This document shows, one piece after another, positions 1-9,614 of a stretch of 64,000 nt of DNA (positions are counted from its first letter, which is position 1; each line of letters opens with the position of its first letter). The notes under the pieces were generated by a model. The model saw nothing but the letters and a program-made list of their open reading frames with translations. It was not told the DNA's origin and made no database searches. Source of the stretch: a virus. Its lineage: Duplodnaviria > Caudoviricetes. The stretch lies in the IMG/VR virus record IMGVR_UViG_3300037067_012588; one strand, 5' to 3'. The position numbers were made by a program, and so were the translations under genes.

Positions 1-99
1 GAAAATAACAGCGCCCACACGGATTGTCTCTGTGCTTGCATAAGCAAATCCATAACTAAACGCCGCCAACAACATCAAACCCATCGAACGAATAAGCAT
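1..99 (-). CDS. partial secreted/membrane protein (runs off window)
   Basis: ATG at 99 after AAGGAG; MLIRSMGLMLLAAFSYGFAYA signal-peptide-like. Confidence 0.6.
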   Translation of the reverse strand, partial: MLIRSMGLMLLAAFSYGFAYASTETIRVGAVIF

Positions 100-129
100 A
101 CTGTCTCCTTTTACAAAACGGTTCTGCTT

Positions 130-158
130 ATTATACCAAAAAATACAGATTCGTAAAA
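130..158 (-). promoter_or_regulatory. sigma70-like promoter
   Basis: TTTTAC-17-TATAAT with TGn extension, upstream of ORF 1..99. Confidence 0.55.
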
Positions 159-196
159 GGCAAAAGTCTTTCAGCAACGGTGTTTGTGAAAAATAT

Positions 197-285
197 CCAA
201 AACAGAAAAACTGGATATTTTATGCCACGCACAACATCCGTTATTTTGAAAACCCATCATGCCTTGAAAAAATAATCGACCTATT
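197..285. repeat. dispersed ~95-bp element, copy 1
   Basis: exact GAAAAAATAATCGACCTATT at 266-285 plus TGCCACGCA and CTGGATA boxes. Confidence 0.75.
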
Positions 286-877
286 CGTCGCTCGAAGATT
301 CGTCAAAAACACTTGCTGCTGAGTATTTCTTGGCACTTACAGCGACATTGATGTTTTTCTTCGTATCACCAGTACCCTGTCTGGCAAAAACTTCTGCAAG
401 AATGCGGTTGAAATTTTGATTCGTCTTGTCAGCCGCATACTTCTTCGACTTGCCAACCAAATCAATTCCAATCCTCGGAAATATCTTCGCCTGAATAACC
501 TTCCAAAGGCTCCGAGAAATACAAGAACGCTCGTGAAATCGCCACATCCTTGTGTTGACTATAATATCATGGGCAAAAAGAGTCGGATAGTCTTTTTCGT
601 GAAACATCTTCACAACTTCAAACAAGGCATCACAAAGTTTGAACTCACCAATGTTACAAGGAAGATTGATATAGGTTTCTGTGATTTCCCTCGGAACAAA
701 AAGAAAACCTTCATCTTCAACAGGAAGAACCTTCTTCTTACATAAAGGAATACGGCATTCTTTTTTTTGCTCGGTGTTAGATTTCTCTTGATTGTAGAGG
801 AAGTCGATATACGACACTTGCCGATCATATGTCGACTTTGCCTCTTCCAACAAAACCTGACGTGTTTTTGGTGTCAT
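281..877 (-). CDS. hypothetical protein
   Basis: 198-aa ORF, ATGA overlap with upstream gene. Confidence 0.75.
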   Translation of the reverse strand: MTPKTRQVLLEEAKSTYDRQVSYIDFLYNQEKSNTEQKKECRIPLCKKKVLPVEDEGFLFVPREITETYINLPCNIGEFKLCDALFEVVKMFHEKDYPTLFAHDIIVNTRMWRFHERSCISRSLWKVIQAKIFPRIGIDLVGKSKKYAADKTNQNFNRILAEVFARQGTGDTKKNINVAVSAKKYSAASVFDESSSDE

Positions 878-1515
878 TTCTTTTTTTCCTTTTTTACCTT
901 TGAGTCAAGCTTCTCGACCAGCTTGACCTCTTCAAGCATGGCATCGTAAAAGGCAAGACTATCCTCATAGCTCTTCTCAAACTCGTCCAGTCTTTCCTTG
1001 GAGAGTTTAACAGAACGAACTGCGCACTCAATCACGAATTTCTTGTATTCCTCAAAACTCATAATCGGTCGAGGAATCAATGGAACATTTTTTGTATTGG
1101 TTGTCATCTCAAGTTGTTCAATCATGAACTTCTTCACATTCGCAAGCAATGGAGAGACTTTGTATTTCTTCACGTTCGCAAGCATATCTTTGAAAGACTG
1201 AACCTCTTGCTTTTTTTTCTCCTCCCGTGGAGAATCTTCCGAACAAGAGTCAACGTACTCCTTGAAGTTTTTGCGAACCAACACGGTGGAGCTTTTGAGG
1301 TTGTCGAGGTTAGCGATATCCTCCTTGTGGGCTTTCTTGAGTTCCATCAGTCTTTTCGAAAGGTTCGCACGAGATTCCTTTATCACCTTCACAACAGGAA
1401 AATCATCAGAGCAATCACGATAACAAAAAAGAAATGCCTTACAGCAATTCTTGAAGAAATCAGGAAATGATTGACCCTCTGCAACCAATGCGGTGTAACC
1501 AGTGCAACAAATCAT
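874..1515 (-). CDS. conserved phage hypothetical protein (coiled-coil)
   Basis: 213 aa, AGGAG RBS, TGYT N-terminal motif. Confidence 0.8.
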   Translation of the reverse strand: MICCTGYTALVAEGQSFPDFFKNCCKAFLFCYRDCSDDFPVVKVIKESRANLSKRLMELKKAHKEDIANLDNLKSSTVLVRKNFKEYVDSCSEDSPREEKKKQEVQSFKDMLANVKKYKVSPLLANVKKFMIEQLEMTTNTKNVPLIPRPIMSFEEYKKFVIECAVRSVKLSKERLDEFEKSYEDSLAFYDAMLEEVKLVEKLDSKVKKEKKK

Positions 1516-1749
1516 AATTGATTCTCCTTTTCAACGGGCATAGTTGCCCAAGCCTTCATATTATACGCAGAACCCAATCATCTACGCATAAAAGCGATTT
1601 CATTTTCATCGACGCACACTGTCGTCCACCCACTCAAGACGAGATACGTCCATTGCTCCGATAGATATCGGCAATTCATAGACAAAAACCTTTCCAGCTC
1701 TTGATCCATTCCCATTCCTCCAAAATGCATTCCTGCAATTGGACGAACT

Positions 1750-2226
1750 TCAGGAATTTGTAGGTTGTTCAGCATCTGAAAACTCCCCCATAAACGTTTC
1801 CAGCGCAATTCGATAAACAAGACGATTCGGAACGCCCTTCTGAAAGAACTCGTCATCGTTACCAAAAAGAACCTTCGACAAAGCAGCCGCAAGACCAACA
1901 GAACGGGACACGCCAGCCCCACAATGAATAACGATAGCCTCAACCCTAGAAAGCCACATCTTGACGAACGCCGATGCAGCAATGGCTTCTCTTGACGAAA
2001 ACAGAACATCACGAGGGTCTTCTGTCTCATCTAAATCTTGAAAGCGCAAACGAAGAATATCCAAAGCGCCAGAGTTGATTGACACTAAGGTCTCGCACGG
2101 GCAACAAATACTTATGACGACATGTGGGATAGGTTCTTCTGGTTTTTTCATACTTTGAATCTCATCACGAGACATCGTGATGATCGACAAACTTTTCCCG
2201 CCAATCTTGCCCACCTTAGATATCAT
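1750..2226 (-). CDS. protein tyrosine/dual-specificity phosphatase
   Basis: HCGAGVSRS (HCx5R) motif, LRLRFQD. Confidence 0.85.
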   Translation of the reverse strand: MISKVGKIGGKSLSIITMSRDEIQSMKKPEEPIPHVVISICCPCETLVSINSGALDILRLRFQDLDETEDPRDVLFSSREAIAASAFVKMWLSRVEAIVIHCGAGVSRSVGLAAALSKVLFGNDDEFFQKGVPNRLVYRIALETFMGEFSDAEQPTNS

Positions 2227-2309
2227 TTGAAATCCTTTACAAAAAAACAGAGGGACAAAGTGCAAAAATGCCTGAGCCCCTCATTCGTTTAAAGATTCAG
2301 AAACCGAAA

Positions 2310-2459
2310 TTAATCGGCTTCTGTGTTTGATTCTGTTTTTTGACTCTTAGATTCATCAGTGTAAAATCCTTCAAACACTTCACGAGAATCATTTTCAGAA
2401 CCACAAACGCCAAACAACAAATCGATACCAGAACTTCTTACCTCTACATCAACTTCCAC
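2310..2459 (-). CDS. small acidic protein
   Basis: GTG after GGAGGT. Confidence 0.45.
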   Translation of the reverse strand: MEVDVEVRSSGIDLLFGVCGSENDSREVFEGFYTDESKSQKTESNTEAD

Positions 2460-2553
2460 GATAACTACCTCCGATACAAAACAGTCTCTCAAGTGCGAGA
2501 GACACCACAACCGCCAACAAAGCGGATTGAAACGCCTTCAGGGAGTTTGAATC

Positions 2554-2581
2554 ATCATACATCACTAAGCCAGAAAGTCAA
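2554..2581 (-). promoter_or_regulatory. sigma70-like promoter
   Basis: TTGACT-16-TATGAT. Confidence 0.55.
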
Positions 2582-2627
2582 CAAAAATAATTTTCAGGAT
2601 GAATTATATTACTTTGCCTTTCTCTTC

Positions 2628-2846
2628 TCAACAACTTCCTTCATCCCGATCATCTTCCTTGGAGTTCTCGAACCGAATCCAGTCTGCCTTCAATGGCAAC
2701 ATACTCGTGTTATGCCTTGCAGCACAATCAGGACACACTGGAACGTCTTTCTCCTCACACCACCAACGAGTCTCTTTCCCGCAAAGGCAACAAGACTCAG
2801 CAGGAGCATCTGCAAAATCGGCAGGTTCGTGGACAATCTTAATCAT
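2628..2846 (-). CDS. small Zn-ribbon protein
   Basis: CCLCG...VCPDC, GAGGAG RBS. Confidence 0.7.
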   Translation of the reverse strand: MIKIVHEPADFADAPAESCCLCGKETRWWCEEKDVPVCPDCAARHNTSMLPLKADWIRFENSKEDDRDEGSC

Positions 2847-2865
2847 AATACCTCCTCTGGCGAAA

Positions 2866-3045
2866 TCACTTGAACTTGATGTTCTTCAGTTTCCCGAAAA
2901 GAATCTTCTTCTTTTTGTGCTTGCGGATAAATCCAGCAATACACCTATACGAACAAAAGAACTGGTGTCCTGTTCCTGCTGCTGTCCCGCTGCCATTACC
3001 TGTCAGCGCCTGACACAAAAAGCATCGATTTACCTCGCTCGACAT
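2866..3045 (-). CDS. 59-aa TRASH/YHS-like metal-binding protein
   Basis: hand-translated: CFLC...FFCSYRC. Confidence 0.55.
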   Translation of the reverse strand: MSSEVNRCFLCQALTGNGSGTAAGTGHQFFCSYRCIAGFIRKHKKKKILFGKLKNIKFK

Positions 3046-3047
3046 GG

Positions 3048-3314
3048 CTATTCTCCAATCACCTCGATGGTAACACGGACACGTTTGCCGACAAACTTGC
3101 GAAGCAACTTGTGACGTTCATCCTTGTCGGGGTTCACGTCGTAGCTTTGAAGCTTAACGAACATATGATCCTCGTCGGCTTGGTCCTTCTTGTACTCGGG
3201 AAACACTGTCCTCTTAGATTCGTCAATGTCGGCAACCATCGCCTGTCCGCTGTCTTCCATCTGAACCCACACTTGTGGAACAGTTCCATCGAAAACAATC
3301 TTCGTTCCTTCCAT
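3048..3314 (-). CDS. hypothetical protein
   Basis: ORF in gene chain with RBS. Confidence 0.7.
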   Translation of the reverse strand: MEGTKIVFDGTVPQVWVQMEDSGQAMVADIDESKRTVFPEYKKDQADEDHMFVKLQSYDVNPDKDERHKLLRKFVGKRVRVTIEVIGE

Positions 3315-3664
3315 TATACACCTTCCTTTGCATTAACCTTCCTGAGAAGGAACATGACCTTTTCAATCTTCGGGTGATTTCCGTTCCGAATACGGACGTT
3401 CCGCAATAACCATTTCCAGTCCCGATGAATCAGCCGTTCGAACGGCAAGTCCATTGTCCTCATCAGGTCCAAAAGACGGACATACGGCTCCTTGCGAGCG
3501 TCATAGCGCACCTTGCCAGTTCCTTCGCACGAAGAACACTTCGGCGAGCCATTGTGGTCATATCGTCCAGTGCCGTTGCAAGCATTGCACACTCTGAGAC
3601 GCCACATGTAAACGTTGTTCCAGAAGTGACTGGTACGTTTTGCTTTATCTTCGTGAAAAGACAT
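3314..3664 (-). CDS. DnaJ-type Zn-finger protein
   Basis: CNACNGTG and CSSCEGTG (CxxCxGxG) repeats. Confidence 0.75.
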   Translation of the reverse strand: MSFHEDKAKRTSHFWNNVYMWRLRVCNACNGTGRYDHNGSPKCSSCEGTGKVRYDARKEPYVRLLDLMRTMDLPFERLIHRDWKWLLRNVRIRNGNHPKIEKVMFLLRKVNAKEGV

Positions 3665-3681
3665 GGCATTGCTCCTGATTT

Positions 3682-4002
3682 TCAGACCTTCTTGACAAGC
3701 TTGAGAAGCTCGATAGCGATATCGACTCGATCATCCTTGATGAAGAGAATTGCGCAATTCTTGAGTGATTCGATACCGTTCTTGGTTTCCTCTTCCACAA
3801 TGAAGAAGAAAACGTTGGAACCCTCAAGAATACGAAGGGCTTCTCCATCTCCGACGTTTGTCTCAATCGTGCGCTTTTTTCCACGGCGCACATCTTCCAT
3901 GATTTCCTTCGATTCCTTAATCCCCTTGCCAGTAAGTTCACGGCATGTTTTGATGGAAGAAATGAAGGCATCATTCGTGAGTCCGGTGAAAGTGATTTTC
4001 AT
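3682..4002 (-). CDS. ribosomal protein L7/L12 C-terminal-domain-like protein
   Basis: ISSIKTCRELTGKGIKESKEIME resembles L7/L12 CTD IKxxRxxTGxGLKEAK. Confidence 0.6.
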   Translation of the reverse strand: MKITFTGLTNDAFISSIKTCRELTGKGIKESKEIMEDVRRGKKRTIETNVGDGEALRILEGSNVFFFIVEEETKNGIESLKNCAILFIKDDRVDIAIELLKLVKKV

Positions 4003-4035
4003 TTTAGTCCCTTTCTGTTGGATTTTTTTAATCGA

Positions 4036-4272
4036 CTATTTCCCAAACTTGATATATGCTTCGATGACAAAATCAACAGCAAGTTTCTTAACAAGTGATT
4101 CGGCACACGAGATGGCTGCAGAACCTTCAACACCATCATCGTGATACATTTGTGCAAGTTGACGAACGAAACCACTTCGGAGGATTCCGACTGAGTCTAA
4201 TTCTGAAAGTTCTTCACACATCTCTTTCAGGTGAGCCAAGCAAAAATCGACTTTTTCTGAATTATTTGACAT
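4036..4272 (-). CDS. hypothetical protein, paralog of 32190..32459
   Basis: shares EKVDFC.AHL.EMC and GFVRQLAQMYHDDG. Confidence 0.8.
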   Translation of the reverse strand: MSNNSEKVDFCLAHLKEMCEELSELDSVGILRSGFVRQLAQMYHDDGVEGSAAISCAESLVKKLAVDFVIEAYIKFGK

Positions 4273-4317
4273 GATTGTTCTCCTTTTGAGGTTTTTCGGG
4301 GAGGAACCGTTTCCTCC

Positions 4318-4358
4318 CACAGAAGAACATCGTCCAAAGGAGAAATTTCTGGAAAGAA
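4318..4358 (-). promoter_or_regulatory. GGACGAT promoter-like repeat, copy 1
   Basis: TTTCCA-15-GACGATGTTCTTCTGTG on minus strand. Confidence 0.7.
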
Positions 4359-4505
4359 CTTCTGAGAAAAGAAAGACTTTTCGGGATGTGGGTTCCAGTA
4401 ACAATATCAAAATAATGGCTGCATCCGTAATGAACGCAGCCACTAACCAAAAGCCCAGAAACGATTACTGCAACTAAAAAACGTCCATGATGCCTATTCG
4501 TTTTC

Positions 4506-4901
4506 TTAATTGTTATCCACTTGTTGAGGAGAATCTGAAATCACAGAAAAATATGGAATTCCGTTAGGAAAGAGTTTCCACATGTCACGGGGAAGAAGAA
4601 TCGAGGCTCGACCAACAGCGATACCAAGACAAAGAAGGTTGTCGATATCCCTGTGTTCGCCCCAATGAACCCCGTCCTCCCGCTGACAAGCCATCAAGAA
4701 CGACCAACCGTCATTGATAAACTGCTTCGGCAACTGCTCCAACATCGATATGATGTTTTCTTCCTGCTCGTTCAGGTGTTTGGGATTGAACCCAAACTTT
4801 CCACAAACACCTTCAACCATCACGGCGTTCGAAGAATCTTCTCCTCTGTTGAACAGGCACGAAACAATAACGTTCTCAACGTTTTCCGATGTCAGCTCCA
4901 T
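4506..4901 (-). CDS. conserved phage hypothetical protein
   Basis: GWSFL.AC...G.HWGEH and LPR.MW..FP.G.PYF motifs. Confidence 0.8.
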   Translation of the reverse strand: MELTSENVENVIVSCLFNRGEDSSNAVMVEGVCGKFGFNPKHLNEQEENIISMLEQLPKQFINDGWSFLMACQREDGVHWGEHRDIDNLLCLGIAVGRASILLPRDMWKLFPNGIPYFSVISDSPQQVDNN

Positions 4902-4902
4902 T

Positions 4903-5190
4903 TCACACCTCGATTTTATCTGAGAAAAATTTGTCGCACACATACGGCTTCAACAAGTCCTCAATCTTTTCGATGCCGAGTTCATCGAGGGCATCGATAT
5001 ACGAATGAAGCTCGCTCAACGACTTCGCTACCTTGAAGCAATTCATGTCCTTGTCGTAAAGAGCGAAAATCTCTCCATTACAACCAAGACAGATGTCGAA
5101 ATGCAGACCCTTCTTCTTCGCCCTCTCGTTCAACACCCAAAACGGCTCGTTGAAAGACTTCGTATCTTCAAGCAGTTCATTCAAACTCAT
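4903..5190 (-). CDS. hypothetical protein
   Basis: ORF in gene chain. Confidence 0.65.
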   Translation of the reverse strand: MSLNELLEDTKSFNEPFWVLNERAKKKGLHFDICLGCNGEIFALYDKDMNCFKVAKSLSELHSYIDALDELGIEKIEDLLKPYVCDKFFSDKIEV

Positions 5191-5194
5191 TGCT

Positions 5195-5689
5195 TCACCC
5201 CCGAACATTTCCCAACAAAAAATTTGCACTTCGGATGATTGAGTTCATCTTGTCGTTTTCGCCTCTATCCCAACACTCAACAAGAGAAAAAAGCATATAC
5301 CTGAGCTTGTGAGCAGAAGCGTACAGACGTGCCTTTGTGCCATTTGTGACACCATCGGCAACAACCTTGGACTCTTCATCAGAGATAGAAAAGGTCTTGT
5401 CTGTTTCGCTGAAATGCACACTGTATTTATTCTCAACACCAGTGTCTTTCTTGATGGATTCTTGAACCCTTACAACATCTTCATCGCTGAGCGGAATGAT
5501 GCTTGCATTCATGCCCAAAACAACAACCCGAAACAAACTCCAAGCCCTCGACTCACAAGGGAACAACGCAACTGGAAAACCCAAAGCGATGCTGGCTTGA
5601 TTCGAAAGATATGCCGTCCAATAGCAATCGTTCAAATACCCACCAAAACGAGACAATTGTTCGATTTCGTCATGGATTGTTTTGTTCAT
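5195..5689 (-). CDS. hypothetical protein
   Basis: ORF in gene chain. Confidence 0.7.
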   Translation of the reverse strand: MNKTIHDEIEQLSRFGGYLNDCYWTAYLSNQASIALGFPVALFPCESRAWSLFRVVVLGMNASIIPLSDEDVVRVQESIKKDTGVENKYSVHFSETDKTFSISDEESKVVADGVTNGTKARLYASAHKLRYMLFSLVECWDRGENDKMNSIIRSANFLLGNVRG

Positions 5690-5699
5690 GATGCCCCCA

Positions 5700-6269
5700 T
5701 TATCGGTTATAAGCCGCACTCAGCGCAGCACGCACTTTGTCAAGGTTCGTCCCATCATACCGCACAACGTTCTTGTGTTTGAAATCCTCATTGTAATCAT
5801 GAGCTGGCATAATCACCACGCCACGAGGACGATACTCCAACCAGCGGGTAATGTATTCGGGATAATCATCGACAAGGACTCGCCCGTAATGAAGCCCCTT
5901 GTCCCTTGTGATGCAAACCTCGATATCTGGCAGGTGCTTGTCACACCACTTGAGCTTGTGCGACCACGCCTCAGCGTTGTTCCGTGGACCCTGAGTGAGA
6001 ATGACAATGCGGAAGTTGAGGTTTTTGGCTTCGCCAAGAATGTCCCAGCCGAGCTGAAAACGATCAAGATTCTCCCACCACGAGCCTGCATTCTTTATCA
6101 GCTTCGCACGCTCCTTGATATAGGACGGAAGATCAGCTCGATAGATAGAACCAAGCTTTGGTTCTTCAGGAGACTTCAACTTTCCAAGGTCACGAACAAG
6201 TGCTCCTTCATAATCAGCAAGCGTCCCATCCATATCGAAATAAGCAACAGGCTTCTTTTCAGGATTCAT
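5700..6269 (-). CDS. HAD 5'(3')-deoxyribonucleotidase (NT5C-like)
   Basis: YFDMDGTLADY motif I, K.KWC, LVDD motif IV. Confidence 0.85.
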   Translation of the reverse strand: MNPEKKPVAYFDMDGTLADYEGALVRDLGKLKSPEEPKLGSIYRADLPSYIKERAKLIKNAGSWWENLDRFQLGWDILGEAKNLNFRIVILTQGPRNNAEAWSHKLKWCDKHLPDIEVCITRDKGLHYGRVLVDDYPEYITRWLEYRPRGVVIMPAHDYNEDFKHKNVVRYDGTNLDKVRAALSAAYNR

Positions 6270-6623
6270 TTATTGGTTCCTTTTTATGATGTCTTGAACC
6301 TCTTGTAAAACCTTCTTGCTCCAGCGACCATACCATTTGCCAAGAGGAACAAGTTCTTTTGATATTTCAAAAGCATTCAAGTCAAAAAGCATGTAATACG
6401 AAGGACACGTTTTACGCTTCTCAAACACCGTGAAGAAAACAGGATGAGAATGATGGTGCGCCACTACAAAACGACCATCATCACTGCGCCATTGAATTGT
6501 CCTCTTAGCAGACTGAAAGCATCCCTCGCCAAGAAGAAAGCGACTCATGAACAATTCATCTCTGTTTTCAACAGGAGGAGCTTTGCCACCAAGAATAGCT
6601 TTTCCAGTAATAACAAGAGCCAT
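6270..6623 (-). CDS. hypothetical protein
   Basis: ORF in gene chain. Confidence 0.7.
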   Translation of the reverse strand: MALVITGKAILGGKAPPVENRDELFMSRFLLGEGCFQSAKRTIQWRSDDGRFVVAHHHSHPVFFTVFEKRKTCPSYYMLFDLNAFEISKELVPLGKWYGRWSKKVLQEVQDIIKRNQ

Positions 6624-6628
6624 AACAC

Positions 6629-7042
6629 CTACCCCTTAAACGGATGACTTGCACTGGATGGACATGTCTCGTTTCTCGAACCACACTCGCTCGCACGGTA
6701 CGGCGTGCATTGGGACTGCGTTTCCTTCCCGAATTCGCAGTACGGAAGACGAACACAACACGAAGGAGTAAAGACAAAATCCTCACATGTCATCTTTTTC
6801 TTTTTCATGTTGATATATTCCTGCTCAGCCTCAGCAATTGCATCGAGAACAGTCTTCTCGATAACGCCGTAGGACGGCAAATCGAATGTGAGGAGCTTTC
6901 CACCTTGGGCTTCATCACTGGCAACCAAAACGGCATAGTGACGGATATCACGACCCAACAGATACGTTGCCACCATATCTGAGGAGACTTTTGTACAAGT
7001 CGCATTGCGCTTGTCAATCACAAGAACCTTAATATTACTCAT
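6629..7042 (-). CDS. hypothetical protein, Cys-rich C-terminus
   Basis: ORF in gene chain. Confidence 0.65.
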   Translation of the reverse strand: MSNIKVLVIDKRNATCTKVSSDMVATYLLGRDIRHYAVLVASDEAQGGKLLTFDLPSYGVIEKTVLDAIAEAEQEYINMKKKKMTCEDFVFTPSCCVRLPYCEFGKETQSQCTPYRASECGSRNETCPSSASHPFKG

Positions 7043-7460
7043 TTTGTTTATCCTCCAAACTCTTGAATAATTCCTCAGCTTGTTCTGGAGTCAGAACGTT
7101 GAAGCAGGAAACATCAACCTGAACATCCGAATCAACATCTCCATAAGAATCAGGATATCCAGACTTGAAAAAACCAACAGTTACTTTTCCAACAACCTCA
7201 ACTACTCCTTCGCCCCCATCTTTGATTTCTTCCGACAACGAACTAACGAAATCCCAGTCGAGGGACAAAAGGAAATCCTCAAGAACCGACTCAACATTTG
7301 AAATATTGTCCTTCTTAATTGCTGACAAACACTCAAGCGAAAACAACTCATACTTGAGCGTTTCGGTTTCTGTCACATCAATTCCACCGTCATACCAGTG
7401 AATCAACACACGAAAATACGAGCTTGCACTTCCAAGATTCTCTGTAAAATACAGGCTCAT
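7035..7460 (-). CDS. acidic hypothetical protein
   Basis: GGAGG RBS, ATGA overlap. Confidence 0.7.
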   Translation of the reverse strand: MSLYFTENLGSASSYFRVLIHWYDGGIDVTETETLKYELFSLECLSAIKKDNISNVESVLEDFLLSLDWDFVSSLSEEIKDGGEGVVEVVGKVTVGFFKSGYPDSYGDVDSDVQVDVSCFNVLTPEQAEELFKSLEDKQNE

Positions 7461-7657
7461 ATCGACCTCCCAAGACTCCACGCCACGAGAGCCTTGTTCG
7501 TCATCGGTCGAGGACACGGCTCTGCAGGATATGGAACACTAACGCCAAAAGAACCGCCCCTGTTATTAAATTTGAAATGAAGTTCACACCATTTGAATCC
7601 TTCGTTCCAAGCCTTGCAGTCCATACAGGAACCTCGGCATTTCTTCAGCTCGGTCAT
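7457..7657 (-). CDS. small Cys-rich protein
   Basis: CxxxCxxC...C...CP, overlaps neighbours. Confidence 0.6.
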   Translation of the reverse strand: MTELKKCRGSCMDCKAWNEGFKWCELHFKFNNRGGSFGVSVPYPAEPCPRPMTNKALVAWSLGRSI

Positions 7658-8130
7658 AGTTCCACCCCGCTTCGCAGAAGCCCATCAACAAACTCCATCA
7701 CTTGGATGTATTTTTCATCGCTCAACTCGACAACGATGCTTGGCGCAGACAACGGATGATTGGTAATGTGGAGGGTGACAACCCCGTCATGCTCTTCCGC
7801 AACAACCTTCCGTCCGAGACACTTACTTGCGAGCTTCGCCAGCTTTGCCTTGCCGCCGACCTTATTCGCCATGCTCTTGATGGTAGTCGTGATTTGTTCA
7901 ACCTCGTAGCTATAAACATTGTTCTTGGGTGTGAAAGTCTCATTCTCGTTTTTCGTACCCTCGATGGCATCTCGGAAGGCGACAAACTGATCTGTCCATT
8001 CACCTGCATTTTCATCAGGCAATGCCATCGGGAAAAACTCAGGATTCGCCGCAGAGTTGCGCTTCCAGTATTCAAGAAACTTCTTGAGGCTTTCCATCTC
8101 TTCTTGAACATACTGTTCGACGGTCTTCAT
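7654..8130 (-). CDS. hypothetical protein
   Basis: AGGAG RBS, follows promoter repeat. Confidence 0.75.
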   Translation of the reverse strand: MKTVEQYVQEEMESLKKFLEYWKRNSAANPEFFPMALPDENAGEWTDQFVAFRDAIEGTKNENETFTPKNNVYSYEVEQITTTIKSMANKVGGKAKLAKLASKCLGRKVVAEEHDGVVTLHITNHPLSAPSIVVELSDEKYIQVMEFVDGLLRSGVEL

Positions 8131-8161
8131 GGTTGTTCTCCTATTTACAGGTTCTTTATTT

Positions 8162-8203
8162 CACAGAAGAACATCGTCCAGAGAAGAAAATTCTGGAAAG
8201 AAA
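8162..8203 (-). promoter_or_regulatory. GGACGAT promoter-like repeat, copy 2
   Basis: close match to copy 1. Confidence 0.7.
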
Positions 8204-8210
8204 TCTGACT

Positions 8211-8567
8211 TTATTCGTCATCCACTACGAGGAACATCCCAAAGCGCACAACAAGGTCGCCGTCCTTCACGTTCGCTGAATGAAAGGCTACCCTCACATC
8301 ACCAGCCTCAGCATTCCGCAAGCCCTCCAAAAGCCCCCAAAGCTGCTCAAACAAGGAAGTCATCGAACCACCATGAATAGTCAGGTCAATCAGCGGAGCA
8401 ACAAACTTTTCGTCAACAACCTCGCCAAAAGCAAAACCCTCAAACGGTAAACCAACATGGAAAACATGCTTGCCCTTAAGGTCGTAAACTGGAAGCTTGC
8501 CATTCAACTCATCAACCTCACAACCATGCTCAGTAAACCAATTACAGACATCGCTCGTAATACTCAT
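8211..8567 (-). CDS. hypothetical protein
   Basis: ORF in gene chain. Confidence 0.7.
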   Translation of the reverse strand: MSITSDVCNWFTEHGCEVDELNGKLPVYDLKGKHVFHVGLPFEGFAFGEVVDEKFVAPLIDLTIHGGSMTSLFEQLWGLLEGLRNAEAGDVRVAFHSANVKDGDLVVRFGMFLVVDDE

Positions 8568-8809
8568 TTCAAAACACCTTTCGTTAATCCCCCATCACAA
8601 CCGACAACGATAAACATAGACTCATCGTCAAGAGATGCTCTCACCAAATCTGCTCCCCATACCTGATTCGTATCACTAATCAGTCCGTTTTGCTCGTCAT
8701 CAAAAATAGACGCAGCGTCTTTACCCAAAATAAGAACAGATGCCCTATTACAACGCCTCTCGACAACAGCAAACTTGTCTGCCAAAATCTCCAAAGGACC
8801 ACAGCTCAT
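8564..8809 (-). CDS. hypothetical protein
   Basis: ATGA overlaps. Confidence 0.65.
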   Translation of the reverse strand: MSCGPLEILADKFAVVERRCNRASVLILGKDAASIFDDEQNGLISDTNQVWGADLVRASLDDESMFIVVGCDGGLTKGVLK

Positions 8810-9111
8810 GATTTCTCCTTCACTAAAATGTGTTCAAGGTGAAATGGGCAAAAATCTCTCAACCACGAACCAGACCTCGTCACATCATAAACCAAACCAC
8901 CCAAACAAAAATCATCTCGACATGCACTCGGACCACGAAAGCTATCATATTCGGCAGTACACCACAACAACGTGCCCTTGTCCCACTCTCGCTCCCACTT
9001 ACCACCATAACTCGTTGGAATAGATTCTGCGCTTCGACCAATAGTAAACCACCCGCCTTTACGGCGGGCGTAGTCCATTATACATCTTCGGCAAATGTCT
9101 TTATTCGTCAT
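8806..9111 (-). CDS. CPxxxEH Cys-rich microprotein family
   Basis: KDICRRC...WDKG.LLWC...CPFHLEH. Confidence 0.8.
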   Translation of the reverse strand: MTNKDICRRCIMDYARRKGGWFTIGRSAESIPTSYGGKWEREWDKGTLLWCTAEYDSFRGPSACRDDFCLGGLVYDVTRSGSWLRDFCPFHLEHILVKEKS

Positions 9112-9367
9112 CCGGTTGATCCGATACAACATGCTCGGTTATGAACGGGCAATCAAAGTCGTTGAAAACACTATCAACCATAACGAACCACGGATACATG
9201 TCACTCGAATAACCTCTTTTCATGATCTTAAGGCAGTTGTAAATATGTCCGTGGTCAAACGAATCAGACCACTTGTTTATATCGGAATGTATCAACCCAC
9301 GCAAGTCCGAATGACCGATACGACTCTTTACGCACTTCATACAGATGTTTTTATTAGGCTTCGTCAT
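9101..9367 (-). CDS. CPxxxEH family
   Basis: KNICMKC...C...CPFITEHVVS. Confidence 0.8.
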   Translation of the reverse strand: MTKPNKNICMKCVKSRIGHSDLRGLIHSDINKWSDSFDHGHIYNCLKIMKRGYSSDMYPWFVMVDSVFNDFDCPFITEHVVSDQPDDE

Positions 9368-9614
9368 TGTCCACACCAAATGCAACAGTCTGCTCAAGAA
9401 GAAAAACACACAACTCAGGAATACTGTCATTTTTTCGTGCAACCGAAACATCTTTTGGCATACTGCTCGGAAAAGACTCTCTCGGACAACACACCTTCCC
9501 AATAAGCCAACGCTTCTCGTCTTGAAAACCCCAAGGAACAACAGCATTCAGCGTATGGTTAAACCTTCGCCTGTTGATGCAAACCATACAAGTCTTCTTG
9601 TTCAAAATTCCCAT
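9354..9614 (-). CDS. CPxxxEH family
   Basis: KKTCMVC...CCP...CVFLLEQ. Confidence 0.75.
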   Translation of the reverse strand: MGILNKKTCMVCINRRRFNHTLNAVVPWGFQDEKRWLIGKVCCPRESFPSSMPKDVSVARKNDSIPELCVFLLEQTVAFGVDNDEA

